Of a DNA stretch of 64,000 bases, positions 25,901 to 38,049 are shown one piece after another. Source of the stretch: Harriotta raleighana. Lineage: Eukaryota. Positions within the stretch are counted from its first letter, which is position 1; the number at the start of each line of letters is the position of its first letter. A program made the translations under genes and the position numbers. Where the stretch lies: the NCBI GenBank assembly GCA_050575255.1, contig JBNZDD010013376.1, positions 127,318-191,317 of the forward strand. Direction: 5' to 3'. The notes under the pieces are model-generated. The model made no database searches. It was not told the DNA's origin and worked only from the letters and a program-made list of their open reading frames with translations.

Positions 25901-27149
25901 TGTCCCTCTGCCTTGTTTCCTCCCTTTCCTCCTTCAAGGCCGGACTCAAGACTTTCCTCTTCAACCGTGCTTTCGGTTCCCTCCCTGACTCTTCCCCCTT
26001 TCCCACTCTCCTTGCCCCTACCCCCGACCCTCCCGCCCTGCTCGGGTCCCGACCTGACTGTTCAGCGCTTTGGAACATCCTCCCAACGTAAAAGGCGCTA
26101 TACAAGTGTAATTTTGTTGTTGTTGTTATATAAATCTTTCTTGTTTCCCATCTGCAGCTGAAGTGGATCATGTTGAGGCTCCCCCTTCGCCTCAGTGTAA
26201 GACTATGTTTACACGAGCTGAGTTTGATGAAGACAAAAGGCAACCCGAGCTCCGTCGAGACATATCAAACACACAATCAGCTTGTAGAGTAAATCTTTCT
26301 TCATCCATCACATGTGATGTTGAGATAAAGGGTGTCTCACAAACAGGATCTCCGCAGGATCACCTGCCATCGATCTCAGAAGAGAGACTATATGGTTGTT
26401 CCCAATGTGGGAAGAGCTTCACACAGTCAGGATCTCTCTACAGACACCAGCGATCACATACAGGAGAGAAACAATATAAGTGTGCTGAATGTGGAAAGGT
26501 TTTCACAAGTTCAGATAAACTCCAGGTACACTATCGATCACACGCAGCGGAGTGGCCATATTCATGTGCTGAATGTGGAAAGAGTTTCAAAAAATCAAGC
26601 GATATGAACGTACACCATCGATCACACACGAGAAAGAAACCATATAAATGTTCTGAATGTGAAAAGAGTTTCACAAGGTCGGGGGATCTCCAGCAACACT
26701 ATCGATCACACACAGGAGAGAGACCATATCAATGTCCAGAATGTGGAAAGTGTTTCACAAGGTCGTGGGATCTTGCTGTACACTATCGATCACACACAGG
26801 ATATAGACCATATAAATGTCCAGAATGTGGGAAGAATTTTACAAGATCGGGGGGTCTCCAGGAACACTATCGATCACACACAGGAGAGAGACCATATAAA
26901 TGTCCAGAATGTGGAAAGGGATTCACAAGACCGTGTAATCTCCAGATACACTATCGATCACACACTGGAGAGAGACCATATCCATGTGCTGATTGTGGAA
27001 AGAGTTTCATGAGCTCGGGACATCTCCAGGTACACTGTCGATCACACACGGGAGAGAAACCATATAAATGTGCTGAATGTGGAGGGAGATTCACAACGAA
27101 ACAGCACCTCCAAAAGCACCAGGGAATACACTTACGAGAAACTGTATAA
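19956..27149 (+). CDS. PRDM9-related SSXRD-zinc finger protein, join(19956..20010,21604..21744,26158..27149), ~395 aa; no KRAB or PR/SET seen
   Basis: Canonical GT-AG junctions, all phase 1, give one open frame: MSEQ...PEK-GPSTAK...[33 protein letters not shown]...9 C2H2 fingers. Confidence 0.65.
21604..21744 (+). CDS. SSXRD exon of PRDM9-like gene
   Basis: Acceptor ttactccatAG; encodes [24 protein letters not shown], similar to PRDM9 [23 protein letters not shown]. The donor T|GTATGT falls immediately after DDDYL, as in vertebrate PRDM9. A partial second copy is at 22781-22842. Confidence 0.8.
22015..22336 (-). mobile_element. Full-length tRNA-head / L2-tail SINE with 8-bp TSD CAGGAGTA
   Basis: Minus strand: A-box tggctcagtggttagag, B-box gttcgaatcc, and L2-like tail '...gcgctatatcaaatgcaaggattatt'. 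TSD at 22007-22014 and 22337-22344; empty site at ~23112. Confidence 0.9.
22530..22595 (-). mobile_element. 5'-truncated L2 tail insertion with GATTAA TSD
   Basis: gattaa at 22524 and 22596 flanks the (AAC)n tail and L2 3' end. The empty site 'gctgattaaagattt' is at ~23280. Confidence 0.8.
23722..24865 (-). mobile_element. L2 LINE (RT domain plus 3' tail, interrupted by gap 23869-24382)
   Basis: ORF has '[34 protein letters not shown]' (YADD RT motif); (GTT)n tail at 23722-23740. Confidence 0.9.
25585..26128 (+). mobile_element. L2 LINE 3' fragment
   Basis: 'IQNSAAHVL...LHWLPI...FKILVL...GGRAFS...[10 protein letters not shown]' followed by the L2 3' end and (TTG)n tail. Confidence 0.9.
26158..27149 (+). 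CDS. Terminal exon with 9 tandem C2H2 zinc fingers
   Basis: Acceptor tttcttgtttcccatctgcAG; nine CxxC-x12-HxxxH fingers with TGE(R/K)PY-type linkers; stop TAA ending at 27149. Confidence 0.9.
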
Positions 27150-27235
27150 ATGGGTGGATTGTGGGAAAACCTTTGCGTGGTCTGATCAGCAAAAAAATCA
27201 CAAATGTTCTGAAAGATGCCTTTACTACTTGTATG

Positions 27236-29580
27236 AGAACATAAGAATTAGGAGCAGGAGTAGGCCATTCGGCTGTCCGAGCCTTCCCTGCCAACTCTAA
27301 TTCCCTGCTCTATCTCCTAATACGTCTATTTTAAAAAAAATCTTATCAGTCTCAACCTTGAAAATGTTCAAGAACTGAGCATTTACTGTCTTCTGGGGTA
27401 GTGAATTCTATAAATTCATTCTATAAATTCACTACCCTCTGAGTGAAAGAATGTTTCCTCTACTCTGTTCTAAAAAGCTGACCCTTAATTTTAAGACTGT
27501 GACCCCTGGTTATAGATTCTCCTACCAGGGGAAACAGTCCTTCGTCTACTTTATCCAGCCCTTTAAGAATCTTATATGTTTCAATAAGATCCCCCCCTAA
27601 TTCTTCTGTACTCTAGAGAATTCAGCCCTTGTTTATTCAACCTATCCTCATAGGTCAGTCCTCTCATCCCAGGAACTAACTTGGTGGATCTACTCTACAC
27701 CCCCTCTAAGGCAAGTATGTCCTTTTTTAAGTAAGGAGATCAAAACTGCACACAATACTCTAGGTGCAGTCTCAACAAAGCCCTATAAAGTTGCAGCAAG
27801 ATTTCCCTACTCTTGTACTCTAAACTGTTTGAAATGAATGCTAGCATGCCGTTCGCCTTCTTCGTTGCTTGCTGCACCTGCAAACTAACTTTTTGAGACT
27901 GGTGTACGACACCCAAATCCCTTTGAATACTAACACCATGTAACCTCTCCCCCTCTAGAATATAATTATTCTTTTATTTTTGCTACCTAGGTGAATAACT
28001 TCACACTTGCCAACATTAAATTCCATCTGCACCTATGTATCCACTTCTCTAGCCCACATATATCTTGTTGCAGTCTTTTTGCATCACCCGCAGAGCTCAT
28101 TCCTACCTAGTTTAGTGTCATCCACGAATTTAGACACATTTAATGTCCTCGTCCAGATCATTGATGTAAAGAGTAAATAGCTGAGGCCCAAGCACTGATC
28201 CTTGTGGCACTCCACTAGTTACATCCTGTCAATTCGAGAATGACCCGTTTATCCCTACACTCTGTTTTCTACCCATTAGCCACTCTTCTATCCATGTTAA
28301 TATGTTCCCATTAATCCCGTGGGCCTTAATCTTGAGTAACAGCCTTTTGTGTGGCACCTTGTCAAATGTCTTCTTAAAATCCAAATATATCACATCTACT
28401 GGTTCTCCCCTATCCAAGCTGCTGGATACATCCTCAAAAAACTCTAATAGATTAGTCAAGCATGACTTCCCTTTTGTAAAGCCATGTTGACTCTTCATAA
28501 TCTTCTTGTGGTTTTCCAGGTATCCCATAACGATATCTTTAATTAAGGACTGAAGAATTCTCCCTACCACTGACTATGGACTAATTGGTCTATGGTTTCC
28601 CATATTTTCTCTCCCATCCTTCTTAAATAGTGGAGTTACATTTGCCATCTTCCAATCAATGGGCTCTATTCCAGCATCTAGAGCAATTTGGAAGATTATA
28701 AACAAGCCATACACTATCTCAGTAGCCACCTCTTTAAAACTCTAGTATTCAGGCCGTCCGATCCAAGGGATTTATCGGTTTTAAGACCTAACAATTTACC
28801 TAAAACCATTTCTTTACCAATCCCTAAATTGCTCGTTTACATTGCCTTCTTGGTTCCCCTCTATTTATGGTATGTTTCCAATGTAATCTACGGTGAAGAC
28901 TGTAGAAAACTACTTTTTAATGACTGCTATGTCTTGTCCCCTATTATAATTCCCCCGGTCTCTGCCTGTAACGGACCCACATTGACCCTTGATTGCCTTT
29001 TCCTCTTTATATATTCATAAAAACTCTTGCAGTCTGTTTTTATGTTCCTCACTAGTTTGGTCTCATATTCTATTTTCTCCCACTTGATGAATTTTTTGGT
29101 TGTCCTTTGTTGTTCCCTGAAGTTCTCCCAATCCTCGGGTTTACTACTCATCTTGGCTGTTTTATAGGCTTCTTCTTTTGACTTGATACTTTCCCTAACT
29201 GCTCTAGTTAACCATGGCTGGACCACCTTTTCCATGGCATTCTTATTTTTCAAAGGAATACGTGCTCACAAGGAGTTTTGCACTATCTCCTCGAATGTCC
29301 GCCATTGCTGGTCATCTGTCAAATCCTTAAATCTAGTTTCCCAGTTTATTCTGCCTAAATCCTCTCTCATACCAGCAAAGTTGCCTCTATTTAAATTGAA
29401 GACCCTTGCTTCAGACTTAACTACTTCCCTCTCTAACTTAATGCTACATTCCATCATATTATGATCACTTTGCTCTAGAGAAGACTTAAGTTCCAGTTTG
29501 CTGATCAGCCCTGTTTCATTACGCAAAATAAGGTCTAATATGGTCTGTCCCCTGTTCGACTCCTCGGCATACTGATCCCA
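27236..29580 (-). mobile_element. CR1 LINE, ~2.3 kb 5'-truncated, decayed
   Basis: Minus-strand ORFs include 'SQHGFTKGKSCLTNLLEFFE...VDVIYLDFKKTFDKVPH' and 'SDHNMMECSI...FNLNRGNF'. CR1 3' end (ctcctgctcctaattcttatgttct) at ~27236-27265. Confidence 0.93.
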
Positions 29581-30489
29581 AGTTTAACTGTGATGGACTA
29601 TACCTGACTATGTTTTTACCTTCCCCCTCCCCTCCACCCTTAGTAGTTTAAAGCCCTTTCTACCTCCCTATTTATTTGCGTAGCTAGGACATTTGTCCCA
29701 GCCCTATTTAGGTGGAGCCCATTCTGACGAAGGGTCTTGGACCCGAAACATTGACTCACTTTCCTTTCTCCATGGATGTTGCCTGCTGAGTTTCCCCAGC
29801 AACTTCTGTGTTTGTTTCAGCATAACAGAATGGTTCAGTGAGATGTGAGAGATAGTGTGTCCCACTGACACTGGGTGTGACTTCCATTATCATAGCTCAT
29901 ATCACTTCACTATAAATAGTAGGTCAAAAGGCACCTCTTCCCGTTGATTGCCAGCAGAGTAGTGTGTGTACTGGCTTCTTACCAATCAGTTTACCAGCTT
30001 AATATCATTCAACATTTTTTGTTTTTAACAGTGGAGTTGAACAGTGTGTGTGGAGGACGGGGGATTGTTGTGGGAGGGGAATATATGGGCTTGTGGGAAG
30101 AGTTGGGGTTTGGTGAGGGATGTTAATGTGTATTTTAGGGGAAAGGGGGTTTGTTGTTTGTGGGTAAGGGATATTAAATTATGGGGAGGGATAATAATTT
30201 GTGTGTTGGGCGGAAGGATGGAAGGGAGAGTAATTAAATGGTGGGAGTGTATATTAATCTGTATGTTTATGACACTTTTAAACATTCTGGTAAGGCATTG
30301 TCTGCTTACTGTATGGGACATCCTCCCAAAATGAAATCTGCTAAACAAATGTAATTTTTGTTGTTGTAATGTTACCATGACTAATATTAAAGCCATCGAT
30401 GTGGAATGCCGAGGGCTGGATTTCCTATTCGAGAGACGTCCACAGGCCGTGTCAGGAATGTGTTTCCCTTTGAAAAGCATGACAACATT

Positions 30490-30870
30490 GACACAGAACT
30501 CTGCCGCCCGCGTTCTCACCTACACCAAACTTCGCTCCCCCGTTACCCCAGTCCTTGCCAGTCTCCACTGGCTCCCTGTCCACAAGAGGACGGATTTCAA
30601 GATCCTCACCCTTGTCTTCAAATCCTCCATTCCTCTGCACCCCTCTATCTCTCTGACTTCCTTTCTCCTCAAACCAGCACTAGTTGCCTTCAATCCATCG
30701 GGTCTGGCCTCCTCCATGTGCCCCAAATCCTCTGCTCCACCATCGGCGGCCGTGCCTTCAGCCACTATGCCCCGAGGCTCTGAAACTCTCTTCCTCACTC
30801 CCTTTGCCTAGCTCTCTCTTTTTCCAATTTTACATCCCAGCTGAAGACCTTTCTCTATGACCGCACTTTT
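30490..30870 (+). mobile_element. L2 LINE 3' fragment
   Basis: 'QNSAARVLT...VTPVLASLHWLPVHKRTDFKILTLVFK' and '[14 protein letters not shown]'. Confidence 0.88.
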
Positions 30871-32859
30871 GGGAGGAGGAGAAGAGCAGGCAAACCCAAA
30901 TCCATAGGTCTTGAACTGTATGTTTCTGCCTTCAAACACTGCTCAGAAACTAGCCTTCCCATGCTCGGGGATTGTTTATTTGAGTACAATATTGTTATCT
31001 AATATGAACAAAATAAACCTTGCAGTTGTTATAGCGCTTTACACATGTTATTGATGTCTCAAAGCACTTCACAGAGTATACTGTAAAGCAAATTGACTGT
31101 ATATTTGTGGGCGAAATGCAGCAGCGAATTGCACACAGCGATATGTTAATAAGGGAACAGAATTCTCAAAAAAAGTGGGGCCAGTCACTGTGTAACTAAC
31201 GAGTGGAGGAGCCAGCAATGCAGTGCAGACAATGGTGGCCGGTAACATCCCAGTTACGTCCAACACAAAACCACGTCCGACTCGTACAATATCTGTCATC
31301 TGTCATCTCACTGTTGCGAGTCTGGATTATAATAATTATGATATTAATCATTCCATGTGATGCAGCACCTTATCATGTCATTTCAGACTTCTCAAAGTGC
31401 TATTATCCCAAACTATTCTCACTGTCCTTTTGTGCGTTTGGAATTCCTCCCGACGTGAAAAGCCATATACAAATATAATTTATTGTTACTGTGGTCTACT
31501 GGGTGTGGAAGGCCGTGTGTCTGACCACCTGACTGGGAGCCCGGCTGAATGACAATCCATTCCTCTCTTGGGAAGAAGAAACAATGATAATGTTAAAAAT
31601 AAGCCTTGCATTTTTATATAGTGCTTTTCGCATCTTCTAATCTTGTTGTTCCAACCTTGGATCCTGATTCCAATGAGGGTCGCTGTGATCCTCATTAGGT
31701 TCGCGAAGGGTCATCAGAATTTTTTTTTCCCTTTTTTAACACTGAAGATGCTTTTTAATGTTGAACAGTGGCTGATTATATTGTGGGGATTTCCGATCTC
31801 GAGAGTTCAAAATAATGATCAACAATCCTTAATAAAGGTATAATGATATTTATTGCAAGCAATTTAAGAATGATAGAATAAAAGAGTAAATAATCATACC
31901 ACCAGTTCTATGCAGAATGCAATGCTAGATCCAGGCTATTACACCATAAGTCAGGTTCAGGATTCTCACCGCTTCTGCCTCTATCTCTGCTCTACCCTTT
32001 CTCTGATGGTAACCCAATTATACTGTATTTCTTCCTCTAACTGATTCTTACCTGTCTTTAAACAGAACAACTGGAAATATGACCCATTCCAGTAGTTGTG
32101 GAGAACAGTGGCAACGGCTGGACATCTCGGTTTATCTTGAGATACTCCCCAACTGTTGTAATGAGACACTCCTTCTCTCCTATCTTGATACTTCTCCACC
32201 AGCCTCATCGTAACTAGCTCAGCTCGTTGATCACTTGTACATTGTCCAGAAGCGATGTGGAAACCAGACAATCAAAAGGGCAGGGTGGTAGGGAGCTGTT
32301 CGCCTCCCTTTTTCCAGACCTTAAGATGGCTGTCCTGCAACTCATTTGGCAATTTCCCAAAAGCTGTGTCTAGTACCCAAGGTTGTCTTAGCGCAGAGGA
32401 ATGTGTACCTGGTGTTTTGGGTAGACAAGTTATTTTCTCCCTTTTGCTCAAGTTTTCTGACCAGGCCTGTGTTGTGGATAGATTGTTTAATTGGTGCCTG
32501 ATTGAAACTAACTATGATTATTTTTTAATACCTCCATATCCCAACGATGTTGTTCATTGGGAGAAGTGGGTCCACACTCTCTACTGAACCAGCCAATGTG
32601 ACACTGGCATAGATCTCAGCTTCACTTGGGACTCCGCCCCCTCCTGCATCCAGCAAATGGGAATTCCTGATCTGACTGCATTGCTGGACATCGACATCTA
32701 CCATCCCAGTCAGTTTGAGGCTGGCCAGTCTGTCAGGTGCCATTGAGCTCCAGACTGAGATACCTTGGACAGTGAGCAGGGAGTGTGGAGATATCACTGA
32801 TCTGAGTGTCTCCTCGCACACATAAGATGAGGGAGCATAATCGCGAGCGAAAACAGACA

Positions 32860-33243
32860 GTTGATTTTATAGAAATCTATCAGATTATTAAGGAGCATTA
32901 CACAGTAGACAGTGGGCGAATGTTTCCCCTGGTTGAAGAAATTATAACTAGGGTCATCGTCTAAAGATTAGGAGTTAGCCTTTTTGCACTGAGTAGAGGA
33001 AAATCTTCTTTACTCACAAGGTAGTGAATTGATGGAATTCTGTATCCCAAAAGGCTGCAGATGCTCAGTCCTTGAACCTATTTAAGACTGTGATTGAAAG
33101 ATTTCTTAAGGATTAAGGGGTATGGGGATAAATCGGGCAGGTGGAGTTAGATTAGAAGATCAGCCAAAATCTTATTGAATGGCGAGGCAGGCTCGAGGGG
33201 ATGAATTGCCTACTCTTGATCCTAATGGTTATGTTCTTATGTT
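32860..33243 (+). mobile_element. CR1 LINE 3' end
   Basis: Typical CR1 3' UTR, ending gcctactcttgatcctaatggttatgttcttatgtt. Confidence 0.75.
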
Positions 33244-35249
33244 TTATGTATTTGTCTTCTCTCCAGAGAAAGAGAGTGACAGAGCATTGCATTCCAAAAC
33301 TCTACATGTGGAGGTGTGACGCATGATAGTGTTAGTTTGGATTGACTTGAACATGTTGATGTATTTCCACTTGTGGAAGACAGCAGTGTGGCCACAACAC
33401 ATCTGAGCCTCATGTTGAAGCCAAGATATGGTAGGATGGCAATTTCTTGTGGGACATGATGATGTCCTTCTCAAACTGCAGTTCCTGCACTTCCCTACGA
33501 GTGTACAGAGCTCCCCGGGGCTGGATTACATGTTGACCCGACCTCTAGCTCAGTAACAATTGGTCCAATTTCATCTCCCCGGCCAATGAGACGCTGTTTG
33601 TCTGGACAGCTGTGTCACTGTAGATCATTTAAAGCCCTCCACAACCTCACCCTACATCTGTAACCTCCTATCCTCTTAGGCTTGCTCCATGTCCCCAATT
33701 CGCCCGCCACACCATTTGTGGGTGAGCCTTCCCACTTTGCCCCAAACATCTGGATCTCCATCCCACAGTACCTTCACCATGGCCCCTTCCCGGCCTCCTT
33801 CAAGTCCCACCACAAGGCTCCGCTCTTTGATGGACCCATCAGCAACTCCTAATGTGCCCCTTCCCTCCCAACCCCTGCCCTCAACTTGTGTCTAAAGCAG
33901 CAACTGTCCAGCGCCTGCTGATGCGTAAGTTGTAATTATTAACAAGTCTAATTATGTTGTTTTGTTATTGTTGTTGGATCGCACGAGGAGTGGGGGAAGC
34001 AAAAACAGCATGTATTTTTCTCAAACATGACATGTCCAACATGATGAAGAATCTACTGCTCAAGATTTCCCTACATCCTTGACCAGTTCTCCAAATTCCC
34101 CCTACTTGCCGATACATTTGATGATGCATCGCAGCTCTCTAGCTAATGGCCCATCTCCAACTTCCCTTTTTTCTCAAAGGTTTCGCTCCCTCCACCTTTC
34201 TCTCCCTTTTCCCCCTTGCCACCATTTCTCCCTCCTTGTCCTCCTTGATTTCCCCCTTGTCCTCCTTTCTCCGCCCTTTCTCCGTCCTTTTTCCTCCCTG
34301 ATTTTATCCCACCCGCTTTTTCCTCCGTCTCCCCCCTTGTCCCTTTTTCCCCCTTTCTTCCCTGGCGCCATTTCCGTGTATGTTTGTGAGACACTGCTGT
34401 GCGCAATTTGGCTGCCACGTTTCTCCCCAGATATACACCTGGTTTTCCTTATCTCTTCCTCCTACCCCAACCCCTCCCCTTGCCCTCTTTCCCCCTTTCA
34501 TCTCTGGCCCTCTCGCTTCCATGACTGCTGTGCGCAATTTGGCTGCCGCGTTTCGCCCACAAATATACAGTCAATTTTTTCCTGCTTTTCTTTCCCCGAC
34601 CCCTCCCCCCACTTGACTGTACAGCGCCTTGGGACGTCCTCCTGACGTGAAAGACGCTATATAAATATAATAAATAAATAAAAAATAAATAAATAAAGAT
34701 CCTCATTGCTTCTGAGCTTCAATCCTTTCTTTCATTCCACTGTAATTTTGTTGATATTGTTGTTCTAAACCCGTGGCACACACTAACCATGGTGGAAATT
34801 TCCCTGCTTTTTTGTTGTGATTTTGTTATTGTTGCTTCTCTCTCTCTCTCTCTCTCATGCTCATCCCTTGGGCATTTCACCATGAAGTCCATCAACAACA
34901 TTGTCGTGGCCTGTGGTCCATGAGTTGCTAGCAGGGTTTACACAAGCTGCCAATGTTTACATTCAATGTAAAGAATAACTATAGTACGGTATTCTAAAGC
35001 ATTAACATCTCAGATAATCCAGGAATATGCTTGAAGATGTTAGGTACTCTACAATGAGAGGCACAGAAAGACGGAAGAGACATATGGTTGTCAGTGAAGT
35101 AGCTTACGCTGCATACGCCAATAGTGTTAAGTTAAAGAGTGTAAAGACCGATGTCCATTGTTTTAGATCCCATCACTCTACCTTTACCTGCTTTTGTATT
35201 TAACCTTTCAGACTTCATAAACATTACAGGTCAGGATTGCAGAGTATTA

Positions 35250-35570
35250 AATAATAACAATCCTTGAATTTGATGTAGCGCATTTACGTCTTCTGGTCAT
35301 CTCAAAGTGATTCACAGAATATGCTGTCAAGTGAATTGACTGCATATTTGTGGGCGAAACGCGGCAGCCAATTGAGCATAGTAGCGACCCCACAAACATT
35401 CGAGGAATGAAATGAAGAATTTATCAGTTTTTTTTTGGCGCATGTGTGTGTGCGCGTGTATATGGAATAAGGAAACTTGCCAAAGGTTTTGCCTTGACTT
35501 GCCTGCATTTGAAACCCAGGTCTCATGTTTGTAAGGCGAGTGCTCTGATCGCTGAGCTGCAGGAATTCAC
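35250..35570 (-). mobile_element. tRNA/L2 SINE (same family as 22015-22336)
   Basis: Same head, core and tail motifs. Confidence 0.75.
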
Positions 35571-35832
35571 AAGTCACTTGAGCTTCACTTGCAATGAGTA
35601 AGCATACACTGATAAATGTCAGTAACTATTCTATTCTCATTACTCTGCTGATTAATCATCTGTTAGTTAAAAAATGCTTGATAGCAACAGAGATTAATTC
35701 ATGTTGATGGCTGCAAATATTAGGTACAGTTTATTCCAACTACAGCTAATGTGTACATGGAGAGTTCTTTATTGAAGGGTAATAGTGTGCATAAACAAGA
35801 TTAATAGCCTTCACCCATTCTCCTTACACCTC

Positions 35833-37820
35833 TGATGTCCCCATACAGAGAGATCAACTCAGCAAGTGCAGTACAATCCTCATCAGTGATGCCATCCCAG
35901 CGACAGTGAAATGTAATATTAATAATAATAATCCTGGCATTTGATGTAGTGCTTTTCACATCTTACCGACTATGTCTCAAAGCAGTTTACAGAATATACT
36001 GTAAAGTAAATTGACTGTATGTGGGTGAAACGCGGTAGCCAATTGCGCACAGCAGCGTTCCCACAAACAGTCGTGCATCAAAATGCCCAATCTCATTATT
36101 GTTATTATTATACATTATTATTAGACGTGTGTGTGTGGAGTAAGTAAACATGCCCAAGGTTTTGCCCTGACCTGCCTATACTCGAACACAGGTCTGATGC
36201 TTGTAATGAGAGTGCTCTAACCACTGAGCTACAGGAGCTCTACAGCCTGCCAACAACATGCATCTGGATATTCCAGCAATCAGTGACCCTCTGGCTGGAG
36301 CAGTGTTAAACTGTCTGTATTAGGGACCTCAGCCCAGTCAGTCTGAATAAAACCCCAACTGAACCCTCAACAACAGGATTTAAAATCTGACCCACACGGG
36401 GAGAAAAACATAGAATGGAAAATTCACCGAATCTCTTTCTAATATATTTCTTTCCCTCAATTCAGGCCTCCATAACTGAGTTGCAACTCACTTCTCTTTC
36501 TCGATAGATGCTGCCTGACCTGCCAAGTGTTCCCAGTGATTTCTGTTTTGGGGTTCAGCAGTATTTTGCAACATAGTATCTGTCAAATTGCTTTATAAAT
36601 GGAAAAAAGTGAAATCTCAGTTAAAGTACATTCTGCTGGTATTGAGCAATAAGCACGCAATAATCTGCTGGGAACAAAAGTATAAACATTGAACCCTCTG
36701 CTGCCATGTATTTAAATGACCAATTTTATTGTTGTCTGTTTTTTGGGATGGACTATTATCAGGCAAGTGTGTGACTGTGCATGGAGTAAGGAAATGGCAG
36801 TGCCCAAGGTTTCGCTATGACCTGCCTGGATTACACTACTAAGGCAAGTGCTCTAATCACTGAGCTTCAGGACTCCAGATGTGAACATTGCCATATCAAA
36901 TGAAATGATAATTTTTATAATATTCTGAAGAGTATTGAAACGTCCCAAACAGGTTATAAGGCAATATATCAAACACAATGATCCCACTTAATCTTGAATT
37001 GTTTCCTCAACAAATAAAATGTTATAGGCCTTGTTATGGACTTGTAATTGAGATTTAAACAATTTACACTATTTGTTCTCAGTTTCACAAACAGATGCTG
37101 AGTTGAAATTTGACAAAATTTACCAAAAGAAAAAGCAAGTATCAATTCAATAGAAATAATATTGAATTCAACTCCACAGTGTGCAAAATTTGGTCATTAT
37201 AAAATATAGATTTACATGCATGATAACACAGGATCGCACAGGGGTTACCAACACCCCAAAGATTCATGCAACCAGATCATAGAAGCTTGATAATCACACA
37301 CAATATCACAGCTATACATCATAATTAAGAATTCTAAGTAATTATACTTACCTTATTTTTCAATGTAATGCGTCATTAATTGTAAACTGACAAACGAAAT
37401 CATAATTTGCCAGAGAAGTAGATTGGAAATTAAATTAACACTGAATAAAAAAGTTCTCACATAATAATTATAAATATCTTTCAATGTTCATACATTTTAG
37501 ATACTTATAAATGTGTAGTAAGACCATTGGATTCCAAATTCAAAATGACAATACTTCAATTCATTAAGATATTAACAGAACGAAGAAACAATCATTTGAG
37601 TCCACAATAAAGTCCCAGGCCATGTGTGCAGTGTGTGAGCACAAAGGCGGCCCCTGTCCTGCCCCAGTGTCAGTGCAGCCTGCAGTAACCCGCCTTTTCG
37701 TACCATTGAAAAAAGCGCCAAACTCACTCAAGACAAAGACAAGAGTAAATGTAAACCCTTTTCAGGGGAATATTGACTGCGACTCACCACACAGACGTCC
37801 CATTTCGTGTGTAATTCTTA
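35833..37820 (+). repeat. Left arm of long inverted repeat flanking the histone cluster
   Basis: 35833-36422, ~37200-37250 and ~37605-37820 are reverse-complement matches of 49616-50449. Both arms contain the same SINE (35920-36245 and 50050-50370). Confidence 0.85.
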
Positions 37821-37994
37821 NNNNNNNNNNNNNNNNNNNNNNNNNNNNNNNNNNNNNNNNNNNNNNNNNNNNNNNNNNNNNNNNNNNNNNNNNNNNNNNN
37901 NNNNNNNNNNNNNNNNNNNNNNNNNNNNNNNNNNNNNNNNNNNNNNNNNNNNNNNNNNNNNNNNNNNNNNNNNNNNNNNNNNNNNNNNNNNNNN
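37821..37994. other. Assembly gap within/after H3
   Basis: Run of 174 N. Confidence 0.99.
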
Positions 37995-38049
37995 TGCGGG
38001 GAGCTTTGCCGCCGGTGGATTTCCGCGCCGTCTGCTTTGTCCGGGCCAT
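37995..38049 (-). CDS. H3: Histone H3, 5' part (rest in gap)
   Basis: ATG at 38049 gives MARTKQTARKSTGGKAPR. TATA-like element at ~38102 and CCAAT at ~38124 upstream. Confidence 0.92.

Noticed and set aside
21745-26157. PR/SET or zinc-knuckle exons of PRDM9
   Set aside because: No CExC...CxxHG, FGPY, NWMRYVN or ELLVWYG-like motifs were seen by eye; the gap sequence cannot be excluded.
26163-27149. ZF ORF as a stand-alone single-exon gene
   Set aside because: The listed start is GTG, immediately after a strong splice acceptor at 26157; it is better explained as a terminal exon.
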